Shown: positions 12,509 to 25,978 of the stretch, piece after piece
How the letters are laid out: each line of letters opens with the position of its first letter
How positions within the stretch are numbered: position 1 is the stretch's first letter
Assembly: GCA_010093705.1 (NCBI GenBank)
Contig: MU006091.1
Location: 496,001 to 560,000 of the forward strand
Direction: 5' to 3'
Length of the DNA stretch: 64,000 nt
Origin: Patellaria atrata CBS 101060
Taxonomy: Eukaryota
Translations under genes and position numbers: made by a program
The notes under the pieces: generated by a model
Seen by the model: the letters and a program-made list of their open reading frames with translations, nothing else
Databases searched by the model: none
Told to the model about the DNA's origin: nothing

Positions 12509-13370
12509 TGCAATGTTCAGTCGTCAAGAGTAATCCGCGCTCTCGTCTAGAACTAATAGCGGGAGAGCCGTTCGGAAGAGTGCGGAGAGAGGGGTCACAA
12601 ATGTAAGAGACGAGAACAATGGAAATGCAAATTTCAATGAGCAGGATATAGAAATACACAAAAATTTACCCTATGAACGGGAAGTAGAAATATATGTAGA
12701 GGGAATAGGGTTGCTTACAAGTGATGGTTGACAGCTTTGACACATGACCGGCGGCGGATTTGATACGTTGCAGATGGTGCTCACTTTCCGGCCAAAGTCA
12801 AGTTGACCATCACTACCAATACAGTAATGCGTAGCGTCTGTACCTGCGTGTGTACCTTTCCCAGGTGCTTGGGTACAGTACCTTATAGTAACATGCGCAG
12901 AAACGTAAACGATAGACTACACATATGAACTTTCATATCCTCGTGGAATTTTCGTCTACTAATAAGACCTTAACATTATAGTATACAAACCCCCACCAGC
13001 TCCGAGGATCCCTTCAACGAAAATCTGCGCAAGCTGCAAGGAATTATTCAAGCACCGGGCTGATTGGTTTCACGGGCTACAGCTACATATGAGCATGGCA
13101 GACAATTGGGTGAACGGCGTTCGCTTTTCCGCGATCCCGTCATGGATTTGTGAGCATTCTCTTATCGCCAGCAACACGCATTCCCATGTACTGTACTACT
13201 ACTAACTTGTTATCTTTCTGAAGGCAGAAGCCCAGCTCTTCCTCCCCTTCCCCACATTCCTAAGCGTTTCTTGATCTCTTTAGGACATTGTGACATTTGT
13301 CTTAAGATACCTCAATGATAAACGTTTTCATATCTCTCAACAAGGAATCGATACATACCCGTTGCCCCTC

Positions 13371-15287
13371 ATGAGCCATCAACAGCCAAGTCCACTTCAT
13401 GATCCAATTGATCTTTCCCACCATCTCTCCCGTAGTGCAAAGAGAAGAGAAGCTTCAAGCATTAAGCAGTTTTACAAATATTTCTTAATTCCGGGAATCG
13501 GTCAACTTGCTGGAGGTAGGTCTCCATGTTGCTGTACGAGTAGCGGTTCGGCTGTAACTGACACGTTATCCCAGGCTTGCCTAATGGAAACTACTTCCCA
13601 TACGATACACTTGAAGCTAAGGTATCTCTTCCAAATCGGTGGAAACCCACTCCACTCAAGCCTGTCGATCCGCCAGAGTCAGACCTCGCTGAGGCTTCCC
13701 TCTCCGATGAACCTCCTTCGTCGCGCATGCTAGTTCCCCATGATTCTGGTAACGCCGATCCTTTGCGGAAGATAGACCTTGCGACAGCTCTCCAGTACGG
13801 TACGGCACAAGGGTACCCGCCTCTATATTCGTTTATTAGGCAATTTACCAAAGAGAACCTACATCCCAACGTTCCCTACAAAGGCGGACCAGAAGTGATC
13901 TTAACCTGTGGCAATACGGATGGATTCGCCAAAACTATTGCTGCGCTGAATGACGAGTGGTCAGAAGGATATGATATTAAAGAAGATCGAGAGGCAATTC
14001 TATGCGAGGAATATGCGTATATGAACGCCATTCAGACAGTTAAGCCAAGAGGGATGAACATTGCACCTGTAGCCGTTGACGACGAAGGAATGAAAGCTTA
14101 CGGACCAGGTGGTTTGCAAGATATCCTAGAGAACTGGGATTCATCGACCGGGAAGATGCCTCATTTGATGTACACTGTAACGTAAGTTGCCTCTTGTCCC
14201 AATGACCGCTTCATAACGTCTAACAAACCCTGGCTCTAGCATTGGGCAGAATCCGACAGGTGGTACTTTGAGTGTACAGCGTCGTAAAGAAATCTATGCA
14301 CTTTGCGTTGAGTATGATATCATAATCGTTGAAGATGACCCCTACTGGTACCTTCAGTTTCCTTCGGGTAACGAGAATAGAAGCCTGCATACACTTGAAG
14401 CGGGGGCTAGATCATCTGGATTTCCTTTCTTGGATTCTCTTATACCCTCGTATCTTTCTGTAGATTACCAAGGCCGGGTAGTGCGTCTAGATACTTTCTC
14501 CAAGACTGTAGCCCCTGGTTGCCGACTAGGTTGGATTACTGCTCAACCGGCCCTCATCGAACGCATTTTACGCATTACCGAAACCTCCACCCAGCAACCT
14601 TCAGGCTTCGTGCAATCCATGATCGCGGAGTTGTTGATGGGCCCTCAAGGGTCCAATGATCCAGGACGTGGAGGTGCCAAAGATGGTAACGGTTGGAAGG
14701 TTGACGGGTGGGTAAGATGGCTTGAAGGTTTGAGAGGAAACTATGAAAGACGAATGAACATAATGGCAGACATTCTGAATGAGGGCAAGTATTTGATTAA
14801 GACCGGTCGGCGTAACTCCTTGACAGCAATGACTCCTTCAGGAAACAGTCAACAGGAGGATGACTGGGCAGTTGTAGAATCGATAAAGATTTACGACTTC
14901 GTCAAACCAGTAGGAGGCATGTTCATTTGGGTCAGATTCGACTTCAGCTCCCATCCTCTCCAGAAGAAAGTGCAGCCAGCTCGATTGGCACGGGCGTTAT
15001 GGGTATTCCTGACAACGAAACCATACATTGTTCTTGTGGCCCCCGGCACGATGTTTGCACCAACTGACGAAATCAGAAATAGAGATGCATGGGAATGCTT
15101 CCGATTAAGCTTCGCAGCCATCGATATGGAAGATTTGAGACCTGTCTCCAAGAGGTTTGTTGGAGCTGCTCAGGCATTTTGGCGGATCAAAAGCAAGGAG
15201 AAGATTGAGGAGCTTCTGGCGGACGAAGATGTCATCCAGTCTAAGTCGCTACCAGAGGATACTGCAATTTTGCACGGATTTTGTTAG
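13371..15287 (+). CDS. ARO8: Aro8-like PLP-dependent aromatic amino acid / 2-aminoadipate aminotransferase (class I/II)
   Basis: Introns 13516-13574 and 14182-14239. Motifs LAGGLPN, ALQYGTAQGYPPL, GQNPTG, IIVEDDPY and DTFSKTVAPGCRLGW (PLP lysine). Family is secure; exact orthology is not. Confidence 0.85.
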
Positions 15288-15566
15288 ATTTGCGATGGCA
15301 TTCCTGCAAACAGGAGTCTATATATATGAGCTATCTTAATGTGAAATATGTACATCTTAGATCTGTTATGGTGAAATTATAAAATTTGTTCATCTGAATA
15401 AGCATATCAAGCGGATGTGTTTTTGTAAGGCTGACGGCGATCACGTGCCCATAGCTTCTCCTGTCGACCGTCCACCTTGGAAATCCGATCGAACCACCGG
15501 CAGAACCAACAACAACCCTTCTCTAACCCCCAATTCTCTACTCCACGCCACCCATTAATAGTCGAT

Positions 15567-16311
15567 ATGTCATCTATAAGCTTGCTGCGCATTGCTGTAC
15601 GTGGACGGCCAGTGAAGAGCTCTTTTTTCAGATCCCAGACACGTCTGCCGACGAAAGTTACGATCGGATGCGCCAATGCCAGGACCTTCAGCAAGACTGC
15701 CGTGAGACCCTCAGGGGATCCCCATGGTGAAGAGACCTTCGAGGAATTTACCGTTAGGTATGATGAATTTATCCTTGGTTGTCCGAGGCTCCAATGGCTG
15801 TGGAAATCGGTGTAAAGTAGCTTGCGCTGCAGAGCTATGAGATGAAATGATAGCTGGAAAACCCAACCATGGGCTAATATATTATCGATTTGCAGATATG
15901 AGAAGGAGTTTGAGGGTGTCAATGACGTTTTCGAGCTTCAGGTATGTCTTAATCTTAATATTTGTGCTTTTACTTATCTCCCCCAAGCAACTACTGACGT
16001 GCAAAATAGCGAAATCTTAATAACGCCTTCGCCTACGATCTCGTCCCATCCCCTTCCGTTATCACAGCTGCTTTGAAAGCTGCACGGAGAGTTAACGACT
16101 TCCCAACGGCCGTCCGAATTTTTGAAGGTGGGTGAGCCCCGGGAAACTGCAGATTACACGCTGCATAATGAATGGATAATGACTTGTATTAGGCATCAAG
16201 GCGAAGGTTGAAAACAAGGGTCAATACGACGAATACCTCAAAGAACTAGAACCAATACGGGAAGAGCTAGGTATCAACTTGAAGGAGGTCTTGTATCCTG
16301 AGAGCTCATAG
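15567..16311 (+). CDS. COX6: Cytochrome c oxidase subunit 6 (Va), mitochondrial
   Basis: Four exons (introns about 15758-15895, 15942-16009 and 16128-16192). Mitochondrial presequence, then EETFEEFTVRYEKEF, ELQRNLNNAFAYDLVPSP and AARRVNDFPTAVRIFEGIKAKVEN. Confidence 0.95.
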
Positions 16312-17143
16312 ATGCATTTACGATACCTTAGTAAGACATATTAGAGGAGGACGGGCAAGGAGAGAGGAGGGGCGAGCGATCGTGTATCATCACTTCAGTT
16401 TTCAGTTACCGCAGAAGGCAAGAGTGTAAAGTTACGAAACCTGAAAAATCTGTGCAGCTGGTTTCTTTACCCGTCGTCCCTGGAAATTTCGAATCATCCT
16501 TTCTGAATCTACTCATGACTACCTCTTCTCCTTGGTCACAAATCTCTCGTCTGATTCATTCAGTCTTGGTCAGGCCCCGGAACTCCGTGTGCATTACGAA
16601 CCATTTAGAGGACAAATCTCTTCAGACGTTACTAGGGATATTCATGGCTCAAAGACCCCATTTAACCACTTGAAACTCTTTCCCATAGCATTCAATACCT
16701 TGCTTGGTGCCACCGCTTAATGCAACGCCTCTTCTATGGTATTATTTGAGAAATTGTCCCCAATGACCACAGCCCCGGTGTTAAGAAGGGCAATCTACAT
16801 CCCATGGCTGGTTACAGGAAAAATAATATGCTACTCCGTTTTATATGACCTATATGCAAGCGAGAGTCTAAGGTAAGGTTGTTGGTCCCTTGACATGTCA
16901 CGCCATAGGAGGCAACATGAATTTCACAGTGCTTCGTCTGAAATCTTAGCTTAGCAATTAGACATCATGAAACGAGATAATCGATAAAGTAGAGACCTTA
17001 CGAACACCAGAATTGCAATTGATCATAACACTACACAGTAAAACCTCATCCTTATATCACGACAATTTCACTGATAAGGAGGACACAGCGCACAGACCCC
17101 GCCATCGCAACATCAAACCTCACCTCATCCCATCTCATCGCAA

Positions 17144-18818
17144 ATGACTATCCCCTCTACCACTACCAGTCAATCTCCCCAATTCAATGTCAGAAAGATC
17201 GCAATAATTGGCGCCGGCCCATCCGGTCTCGCCGCCGCAAAGTAAATCCCATCAACCTACAATTCGGGGATCGCGACTGACGATATAAAAGATACCTTCG
17301 TGCGGAACAGGCACTTGATGAGATAGTCATCATTGAGCAGCGGGATTGCGTGGGCGGCCTCTGGAACTATACGCCCGATTACCGGACAGATTCAACGTTC
17401 AATGTTCCTAATTTGGATCCGAATGTAGATCTCAACTCAAGTAAACGAAATCAGAAAAGGCAGAACCGTGGGACTGGTGGGCCTAATGGAGGTACGCCTT
17501 CGGAGAAAATAGAGAGAGGAGATGGAATTGGAATGCAGAGGCGCGGTAAGAAGACGTTTGTATCCCCAATCTATGAGCGACTAGAGACGAATATCCCGAG
17601 AACGCTTATGGGTTTCTCGGATCATGAGTTTCCGGATGAGAGTCAGTTGTTCCCCGGGCATAAGACGGTGTTGAAGTATCTTGAGGAATATGCTGAGGAT
17701 GTGAGAGATTTGATAAGGTTCAATGTAGAGGTTGTGGATGTGAGGTTGAGAGGAGCAGCGGAGGGTGCAGATGGTTCAAGGGAGAAGTGGGTGGTGAGTA
17801 CTATAAGTACTGCAGGTGGAGGGCAGTGTGAGGATGTTTATGATGCGGTGGTTGTGGCAAGTGGTCACTTCAATGTGCCGTTTATACCTGATATCGTGGG
17901 TATTACGGAATGGGATGAGATGTATCCAGGGGTAATATCTCATTCGAAGTTCTATAGAAAGCCAGAGGAGCTTATAGACAAGGTACGAGCATCCGCACAT
18001 ATAAACTACAGTCAGTCAGCTAATCGCTCCCTTAGAAAGTCATCGTTGTCGGAAATAGTGCCTCTGGTCTTGACATCGGGTCACAAATCGCGACATTCTC
18101 CAAACTCCCCCTAATCTGCTCTCAAAGATCTGAGTCGTATCTTCAGCTCGGTCCGGCAGACTACAGAAAGGACGTACCCCCAATCGCCCAGTTCATCCCT
18201 AAAAGCCGCACTGTCGTCTTCGATGACGGAACGCGTGAGACCGACATCGACGCCATCGTCTTCTGTACTGGATACCTCTATTCTTACCCTTTCCTATCAT
18301 CTCTAAACCCTCCGCTCATAACCCATGGTGCCAGAGTCGAAAATACGTACCAACATCTGTTCTACGCTCCCCATCCCACCCTTTCATTACTTGTACTCAA
18401 CCAGAAGGTCATTCCCTTTCCCGTTGCCGAGGTCCAGTCCGCAGTTCTAGCGCGGGTATACTCAAATCGCCTTCGGTTGCCGTCGTATACCGAAATGCGC
18501 GATTGGGAGTCCCGTACAGTCGCGGAAAAAGGCTCCACGCGCGAGTTTCATCTCCTAAAGTTTCCGGATGACGCGGAGTACATTAATTTGCTGTACGACT
18601 GGGCCGCATCTACGCCAAATGTTACGGGAAAGATGCCGCCGCGATGGGGTCAATGGCAGTACTGGGCCCGGGAACGGTTTCCTGCTATCCGGAAGGCTTT
18701 TGTACAGGAGGGGGAGGGGAGGAAGAATATAAGGACTATAAAGGAATTAGGATTTGACTTTGAGGAGTGGAAGAAGGAAGAAAGGGAGAATGAGGATGGG
18801 TCCAAGAGGTTGTTGTGA
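17144..18818 (+). CDS. FMO1: Flavin-containing monooxygenase (thiol-specific FMO1-like)
   Basis: IAIIGAGPSGLAAAK (FAD site), GGLWNY, SPIYERLETNIP, VVASGHF, HSKFYRKP, VIVVGNSASGLDI (NADP site) and FCTGY. Two introns (about 17242-17291 and 17983-18035). Confidence 0.88.
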
Positions 18819-19600
18819 TGACGTAGCCGGTGTGTTAGCTTCGTTGACGTCGGGAGACATGATACAGGATGGGGACATAGGTCAGTGATGATTGCTGTAC
18901 AGACTGAATGGTGTTAATTTCATTATAGATGTATACCAAATTCTATAGAAAAATCTTTGTATACTTTGTAGCGTGCGAGCAATGAGTGTACAATGTTTGC
19001 AAGTTCCCCTTCGAAAATCCCGCACTATTCATTAGGTCATACATACCCAGATACACAAATTGCAGATAATATATCCTTAACCGCAAAATCAATAGTAACC
19101 AAAAAAATTTCACTTATATTTGTAGTAACTACAGCTGAAACTGTACGAGCTGAGGTGAAAGTAAAGTGGAAGCCCCTATTCATCACCGCCCATAACTCTA
19201 CTGACACAACATAGAAACTGCGAGAAGCTTAACCCTATAACCCTTAACTATTAAACCGAATAGGGAATGATATGGATAACTCAAGGTGCGGAAAACTCCG
19301 TCCACGGGGCTCTTTTGGTCACGCTTTTTTACCCAACAGCCCCCTTCGCATGTGATCACCTTACCTAATTCTATGACAATATGCACCTCCAAACAATAAA
19401 CGCCCGCAGTTACTCTTTCGCCACCCGCCCTCGATAAGCGACTTCGGCCGTTTGTCGCACACAGCTCTGCCATAAAAGCCCGCTGCCCCCTACCTTCCTT
19501 CTTACAACACATTTTTCTCGACGCAGCTCGACAACGCTTCTCAAAAATCTCTCAAAGCACATAAGCAACGTCAAATGCACTCTCGGCTACGCTATCAAAG

Positions 19601-21884
19601 ATGGCATTGATCCTTCCTTTCGTCCTCTCCATCATGGAGAAATTCAACGTAAGGCATCCTCCTCGAGTTCCTCAGTATACCGCTGCTAACAAGGGGCCTC
19701 AGATCCATCCACTACACGTTGCGCAGGTAGTCCTTCTTGCTGTTGCTGCTACGGGTTACGCAGTGGGCTTCGACGACGGATTGGTGCTCGCAAAGAAGAA
19801 GAAGTCAGACCCAACAGCCAGTACGGTGGTCCCTGTGTCAGCAATATCAATCGAACCAACCCCCAACATCTCTACTATCGTACCTGTCCCCAACATCTAT
19901 ATCATACCCATCTCAAGCATTTCTGTCGAATCCACCCCGAACGTCTCTATGGTGCACACTCAAAAGTCCTCCCGCCCTCACTAACAATTTGGTATACGGT
20001 ACTTGTCATCAAAGAAACGCCACCATGTCGACCGTAGGACTCAATTCGTCATCAAATACCTCAAGGAGGTGATTCGAAAAATTGCCACGTCAGGCCAGCT
20101 CGATACCGTCATACAAAACTTCACGGTACAGGTGGCAACCCTTGAAAAAGAGGTGGGCGACAGACAATGGCTCCTCGACCTGGACACCACCCTGGTAGAG
20201 GTACTGCGCAAGAATGTCAAATCTCGCGAGCAAGAACTCGCAAATTCTAACCTTCGAAACTCCCAACTAGAGAAGAAAATATCTAGTTGGGAAGGAGATG
20301 TCACACTCCTCCAAAAACAAGCCGCCCTAGAGGCGCAACTCGCAGACAAGGACGCCGAGCTTATCCAGAAAGAAGCCACCGTACAAGCCCTTTGGGGTGA
20401 CGTACGTCAATTGGAACGCGAGGCCAAGACGTCTGCGGACGGAAAGGTGTGGGAGATGTTCGTGCCGCTCAAGGCCGAACTGGAGAAGAAGTCGAAGGAT
20501 GAAGCCGAAGTCCACAACACAGAACTTCGAAAGCGGGGCCTCATGCTGAACTCTTTGCGAAATACCATCGATCGGGATCAAAAGGGGTACGAGGAGGCTG
20601 CTGCCCACCATGCGGTAAGTTTGAACATCGGATACGTCAACCCTGTCAAGATTGCGGAACGAGAAACCGCAGCGCGAAACTGAACACTCGGAAGAGTAAA
20701 GGGGTTCGTCATCGGGTGCAAGGGGCAACTCGTTGTCCTTGACAAACTCCAAACTAGCCCGCAGCTCAAGAAATTCATGAAGGGCAACAGCTTCCTCCGA
20801 TCCCCTGCCGGTGTGACCATCAAGAAATCCGCGACCGCCACCGAGATGATAGCCGAACAGTCTGGAGCTGCAGTGGAAGCTGCGACGGTGCTACCTAACC
20901 AGCCTGTTCAGCAGGCCGTTCAAGCTGGGGAGACCGGAATTGTCCCCTCTTTAGATCACCCTAGTGGTGTGATGCAGAGTGAGCAGACTTTCCGCGTTGA
21001 AGATCCAGTCTCGTCCGGTCCTGTTGCTCAGGTTGGGGAGTCAGCATCTGCACACGGCGAAGCTGCAGCGACACCTGCTGTATCAAAATCGGGGGCGTCA
21101 TGGTCACACTATGACGGCCCGAGTTTCTCTCAGTTGTGTGCATACGCGAGAGGTATAGACGCATTACAAGTGTCTGTACCTTCCTGGCCACCGGCGGTAG
21201 CTTCGCGATTACCTCCACCATTTCTTTCAACAGTCAAAACCGTCAGCGACGCCGCCACCCTCCCTCCCGCTCCTCCCACCGTCGCTCCTGTCGTCCCCGT
21301 TCCTCAAACCCCCCCCACCTTCACCTTCTCCGTGGTTGACCCCACCACGACGGTACACAACTTCTTTACTCCTCCTCCGACCACCACCACTCCCCCTCAT
21401 CCTCCGCCCCTCCCCCTCTTGCTGGTCCCGTCACAACCGGCTCCTCTTCTGTGGTCGTGTCGGAAAGCAACAAGTTGGCGGACAAGGAAAGGTGAAGGCC
21501 CAGCTCATCGGGCACCCCGGCACGCCGAACAAGCTCCTGGCCAAAGACGCCCACAGACAAGAAGCCCGTAGACTTCTTGAAGTCGTACGGGAAGCTCCTC
21601 CGCTCTTCGAGTAAGAGCTTGCCAATGCGCGTCCGCCCGCTGACAAGATCGGGAAGCTGCATGCCGCGTTGGTGACGATTCTGGATCAGGTGGAAAACGG
21701 TGGCGACAATTGGATCTCGTCCGTAGAGCTCGCCGACGTTAGGAAGCGAACTGCTATGGACTCCAGTCTGAAGGCGTTGCTAGAGGCTCTCAAGGGTCAC
21801 GATGCGGTGTACAACCATATCACTGGCCCGGTGATCCTGGTGGCAGAGAGATTTCTTGGGTATCTGGAGTTGAGCCCGATGTAG
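19601..21884 (+). pseudogene. Orphan coiled-coil / Pro-rich gene, apparently interrupted (pseudogene or cryptically spliced)
   Basis: Canonical intron 19649-19702. ORFs 19601-19984, 20003-20683 and 20777-21571 share one frame separated by single stops. ORFs 21336-21614 and 21669-21884 share another frame separated by one TAA. No family recognised. Confidence 0.5.
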
Positions 21885-22382
21885 GGTGTTTACAAATTGT
21901 TCTGGTGTCTGCAGTTGGATTTGTGGTTCTTTTTTCCTGTTGGTTTCCTTTTAGCAGTATCTGTACGCTGGCAGCGCTGGGCGAATGGGGTATGAGCATT
22001 CGACACGCTATGCGAGGATACTTGCTGCGTTGTATTTGTTTTCGGATTTTGCTTTGGGCGCCTTTTTATCAAAAGTTCTGTCTAGGATACCTTTTCTCGA
22101 GTTTTGCTTTGGGTGAATTTTATCAAAATTGGGTGTTTTAACTGTTTCTAGCTCGGTTTCGTTGGAGTTCAGACGGAAAATTGATACAGGTTGACAGTCA
22201 AGTAGTACTCTCACAATGGTGCTTCAGATCAAATTGGCATGGTTAGATAATTTACTCAAAATTAAACAGGTGGAGAGATTCTCTCATAACAAGTTTCCAT
22301 TTGCGTATATTCTATCCGTGGATTATAGCTCATTAATTTCCGCTACAGCCGCCAAACTCCAGAATCAGACGAGACTTTTGAT

Positions 22383-23199
22383 TTATACATAGCCTACGAG
22401 AGCGAGTATTAGCATACGGTCCTATTGGGGGGGTTTTTACGTATTATGTCGATGAGAGACATACCTTTCCTTGCACCCTGGAAGAAAAACCGAACGATGA
22501 ACACCTGCAATCCCGCCATCGTGACCATCATGACACTCTCGATGATACTAAAGTTGAATATCCTCCTCTCCGTACTCCTAACCGTGCTGAAATTTCTATT
22601 CTCCCTCGTCCTGAAATACTTTTGATTGCGATTGATTGTCGAGAGTTGGGAGGATAGCTTAAGGATCGATTCCTCGAGGGAAGAAGTTTGTTCGGGAGTG
22701 GTGCCTTGTTTAGACGGTAATTGGGCGCGCTGCTCATTCTCGACCTTACAAAAACAGGAAGATTAGAGAATGAGAAGATTGAAGGGACGCACGATGTACT
22801 CACGGCAATCTCGAAATCGACCGTCTTCTCCGCGAAGGTGGACATTTCGTTGTTAAAGCAGAAACGATATTCCCCAACATCGTTTGCGGTGAAGACGAAG
22901 TCTCCTTGACGCTCTTTCTGACCGTCCATCACGACTCGCTCATTTGGCCCGACAACCTCGTAGTCTACGTCGAATGAACCGCCAGATTGGACCTATAGCA
23001 ATTGTTAGCACGTGTAATGTAATACTCATAGCGTCTCAAGACCTACAGCAAAGTAAAATGCTATCTTAGCCCCCTTGTTATCGACCCATGTGAAGAAACA
23101 TGACTTTTCGTTCGCTTGGAGCTTGTATGTGAGGGCAGTGGAGGAAACGGTCGAGACGAAGAGGGCCAGAAGACCTGCAAATAGCGCTAAAAATTGCAT
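22383..23199 (-). CDS. emp24/gp25L/p24 family ER-Golgi cargo receptor (Erp2/Erp3-like)
   Basis: Signal peptide MQFLALFAGLLALFVSTVSS, then KIAFYFAV|QSGGSFDVDY, YRFCFNNEMST and KYFRTRENRNFSTVRSTE, with C-terminus FFQGARKGYV. Three introns. Confidence 0.9.
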
Positions 23200-23449
23200 C
23201 CTGAAAGAAGAGAAACAGAAGAGCGTTGTAGCACGGGCTGAGGGGAATGTTGTCGTGTGTGAGATCAGACGTGGTTCTCCTTTTGGACAATTGGCTTTGC
23301 ACATTGCATAGGGGAGACTGTGGGCTACCGTACCGAATGACCACTCCAAATTCAGTCGGCGAAATCAACCTCCGCACCATCTACCTAACGTAGGCACAAA
23401 ACTAAAATGGGCATGGCATATACAGCATCTTTTGAAATTGATTTTTTGT

Positions 23450-24598
23450 CTATTGATCCTTATCCTCATCTCTACCGGGCCATAATATCTCCCCCCGATA
23501 CAACGCCATGGCATGATTTAAGGCTGTAAAAATCCATACTACAGCTAATAGCACTGTCATCACAGAGCCCACCCATAAGATCCCTTGGCTTTGGAATCGT
23601 TCGCCAATATTGATAGTCGCAATTGTAAAGCCAACGTTTGGAAACACAAAAGCCCATCACGTCAGATGGAATGACATTTTTCTAGCGTCCGCTAGGCAGC
23701 TTATCACTGCAATAGCAAACATCCAGAAAGCGAATGCCCACAGGAAAATTCCCGAGAAGAGAGCCATTACTTGAAGAGTTTCAATTGCCGACGTGTGTTC
23801 AGCAAAGTAACCATATCCTTGAGGCAACGAGGAGGACATTCCCATGAGTGCTAGAGCGGTGAAGGAAGGTGGTCCAACAGCGATGAACATACCTGGCCTG
23901 GTGTTGATATCAGGTAAACCTGCACTCATGAGTCTATTGATATAGATAGGATACATCAAGAGGCTCACAAGCCATCCCAGGCCTTGGTAAGCTAGACCAC
24001 AGACGAGGATCGGTAACCGTCTATCTATTGGTTGGTCACTTGCAATTATGCTCGCGAGTGTACCCGTTAGCATGGCTGGGAAGACGGGAAGGATCCAGGA
24101 TGGAGTCATATGTTGCGGCGTTAAGTGCTCTCCGGTGAATAGGATATAGTACTGGCCAAAAGCGTTGAGGATAGAGCAAGCTGCATAGGTCCAGAAGCAG
24201 ACTCGCACAGTAACGATCAACCATGGCCCAGATGATGGGATACCGTAAGTCTGGATGTTTGCAAGAATAGTTGCAACTGATAGCCAGAAGCAAGGGAAGA
24301 ACAGGCCTTCTCCATGACGTTTAAGGGACTTCTTGAAAGCGGAAGGATCCCTAATAAATCGTTGAACCAATCCAGCCACGATTAGTAGAAACATAGCCAG
24401 GTTTAGAATATATAGAATAGTTCCGACAGTCGTAAGACCTGAAAAACGATGAGGAGTTCTATGTAGCAGCAATGCAAGCCCACCACTACTCATAGTGGTC
24501 GTAAACCATGCCCAGGTAACATGACGAAGTCTCTCCCATAATGGGATCCTCTCGCCGTCCTCTTCTAGAAGAGACCGCTCTTTGTCTTTTCTTAACAT
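23450..24598 (-). CDS. MAE1: C4-dicarboxylate/malic acid transporter (Mae1-like, SLAC1/TDT family) interrupted by one in-frame TGA at 23657-23659
   Basis: Motifs HVTWAWFTTTMSSGG, WILPVFPAML, RPGMFIAVGPPSFT and FHLT*WAFVFPNVGF. The frame stays open past the stop to ILWPGRDEDKDQ*. Confidence 0.85.
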
Positions 24599-25152
24599 TA
24601 GCGGTACCAAAAGTTATAATCCAGTGTCTCCGCAAATGCAAATAATGGTCGTAAGAAATTCTCTCATCAAAGTTGAAGCCGCATAACAAGGCGGAAATAG
24701 TTTTGGAGAAGAAAGAAGAAAACATAAGGTAGATACAGGTGAAATGAGTGACTGTAAGAGAGGAACTGAAGTTAGCAGATACAAATTGAGATTCTGCACT
24801 TTGCTCCAAACCGGACTCTGCCGAAGGTCCACTTGAACCAAGTTGGATCAACTTTCGCTGACTCATTTGCATGAAATATAAGTCTGTACTGACAGTGGAG
24901 ACCAGCAGCTTCTCAGTACCTTAGCTATGATGCTCTTCAATTCTCGAAATTATGATACAGTGTAAAGAGCTTACCTTAGAGATGTAACCCCTGGTCTTAG
25001 TTCCCGGCTCTGGTTGCTGTAGTTCTACTCTCCGGCTCGAACTTCTTTCTCGAAACGTGGTCTAAACAACATCAGTTCCTCGTGAAAGCACTCAGAATGC
25101 GAAGAGAATAATATATCGCCACATAACAACAACATAGTTGGAGCATCTCAAG

Positions 25153-25978
25153 ATGCATTCAGCTTTGGTACGAGGCCAGACTGTCTTTGGCTTTTTTACT
25201 ACCGTCGCATTTTGCGTAGCCGCCTTCGCGGCCATATCAGTCGTATTCTTCCCACAAGCCCCTTCAACGAGTATAAAGCTACGAAACGTCCAAGTGTAAG
25301 GTTCACACTGTTCAAGGGACTTAAATAAACTAACTAGGAATTACAGGGTCAAAGGACGTCCTCATTACTATAGCAGAAAGAAAGAAGAATATGCCCACGT
25401 CAAGTTTGACGCTGACATAGGTATGCATCCAACAGTCGTAACCAACCATTGTAGAATCCTGATGTGCCCTAGATCTGGCCTCACTATTTAACTGGAATAC
25501 CAAGCAAGTATTTATCTACATAACTGCCACATATCCCTCCTCCAGAAACAACGAACCTCCATCGCAAGCGATCGTGTGGGATGCTATCATTCCCGCTGCC
25601 AACGCTCCTTCCCACCACAATCAGTACCACGCGCCAGTGGGACTTCCTCCTCCAAAGAAGTTGAAGGCCAGAAACGCTCCCAAACTGCACACTGGAAAGA
25701 CCGGTGAACTACACCTCAAGAACCAAAAGCCCAAATACCAGATCACAGACCATACCGGGAAGATCGCAGAACGAGGAAACGCAACGCTCGAGCTGCGTTG
25801 GAATGTACAACCATATGTGGGTGTTCTAACATGGACAAATTGGAATGATTTCGGTAGGTGGAAGGGCTTGAAAGGCGGGAGAAGCAAGTCATTTGAATTT
25901 CCAGCACTTAAGGTCACCAGTAAGGAGAAGTTAGATACCATGAAAGGTGGGGAAGGGAATAGGGGAAAACCAGCTTAG
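25153..25978 (+). CDS. SPC3: Signal peptidase complex subunit Spc3 (SPC22/23)
   Basis: Three exons: MHSALVRGQTVFGFFTTVAF, VKGRPHYYSRKKEEYA, DLASLFNWNTKQVFIY, IVWDAII, KPKYQITD and WNVQPYVGVL. Confidence 0.92.

Noticed and set aside
15758..15895. Intronic box C/D snoRNA in the longer first COX6 intron (ATGATGA near the 5' end)
   Set aside because: The C-box-like motif overlaps the splice donor, and I found no D box (CTGA) or terminal stem.
19228..19250. Telomere-like or telomerase-template-like AACCCTATAACCCTTAAC
   Set aside because: Imperfect and only two units, with no supporting structure.
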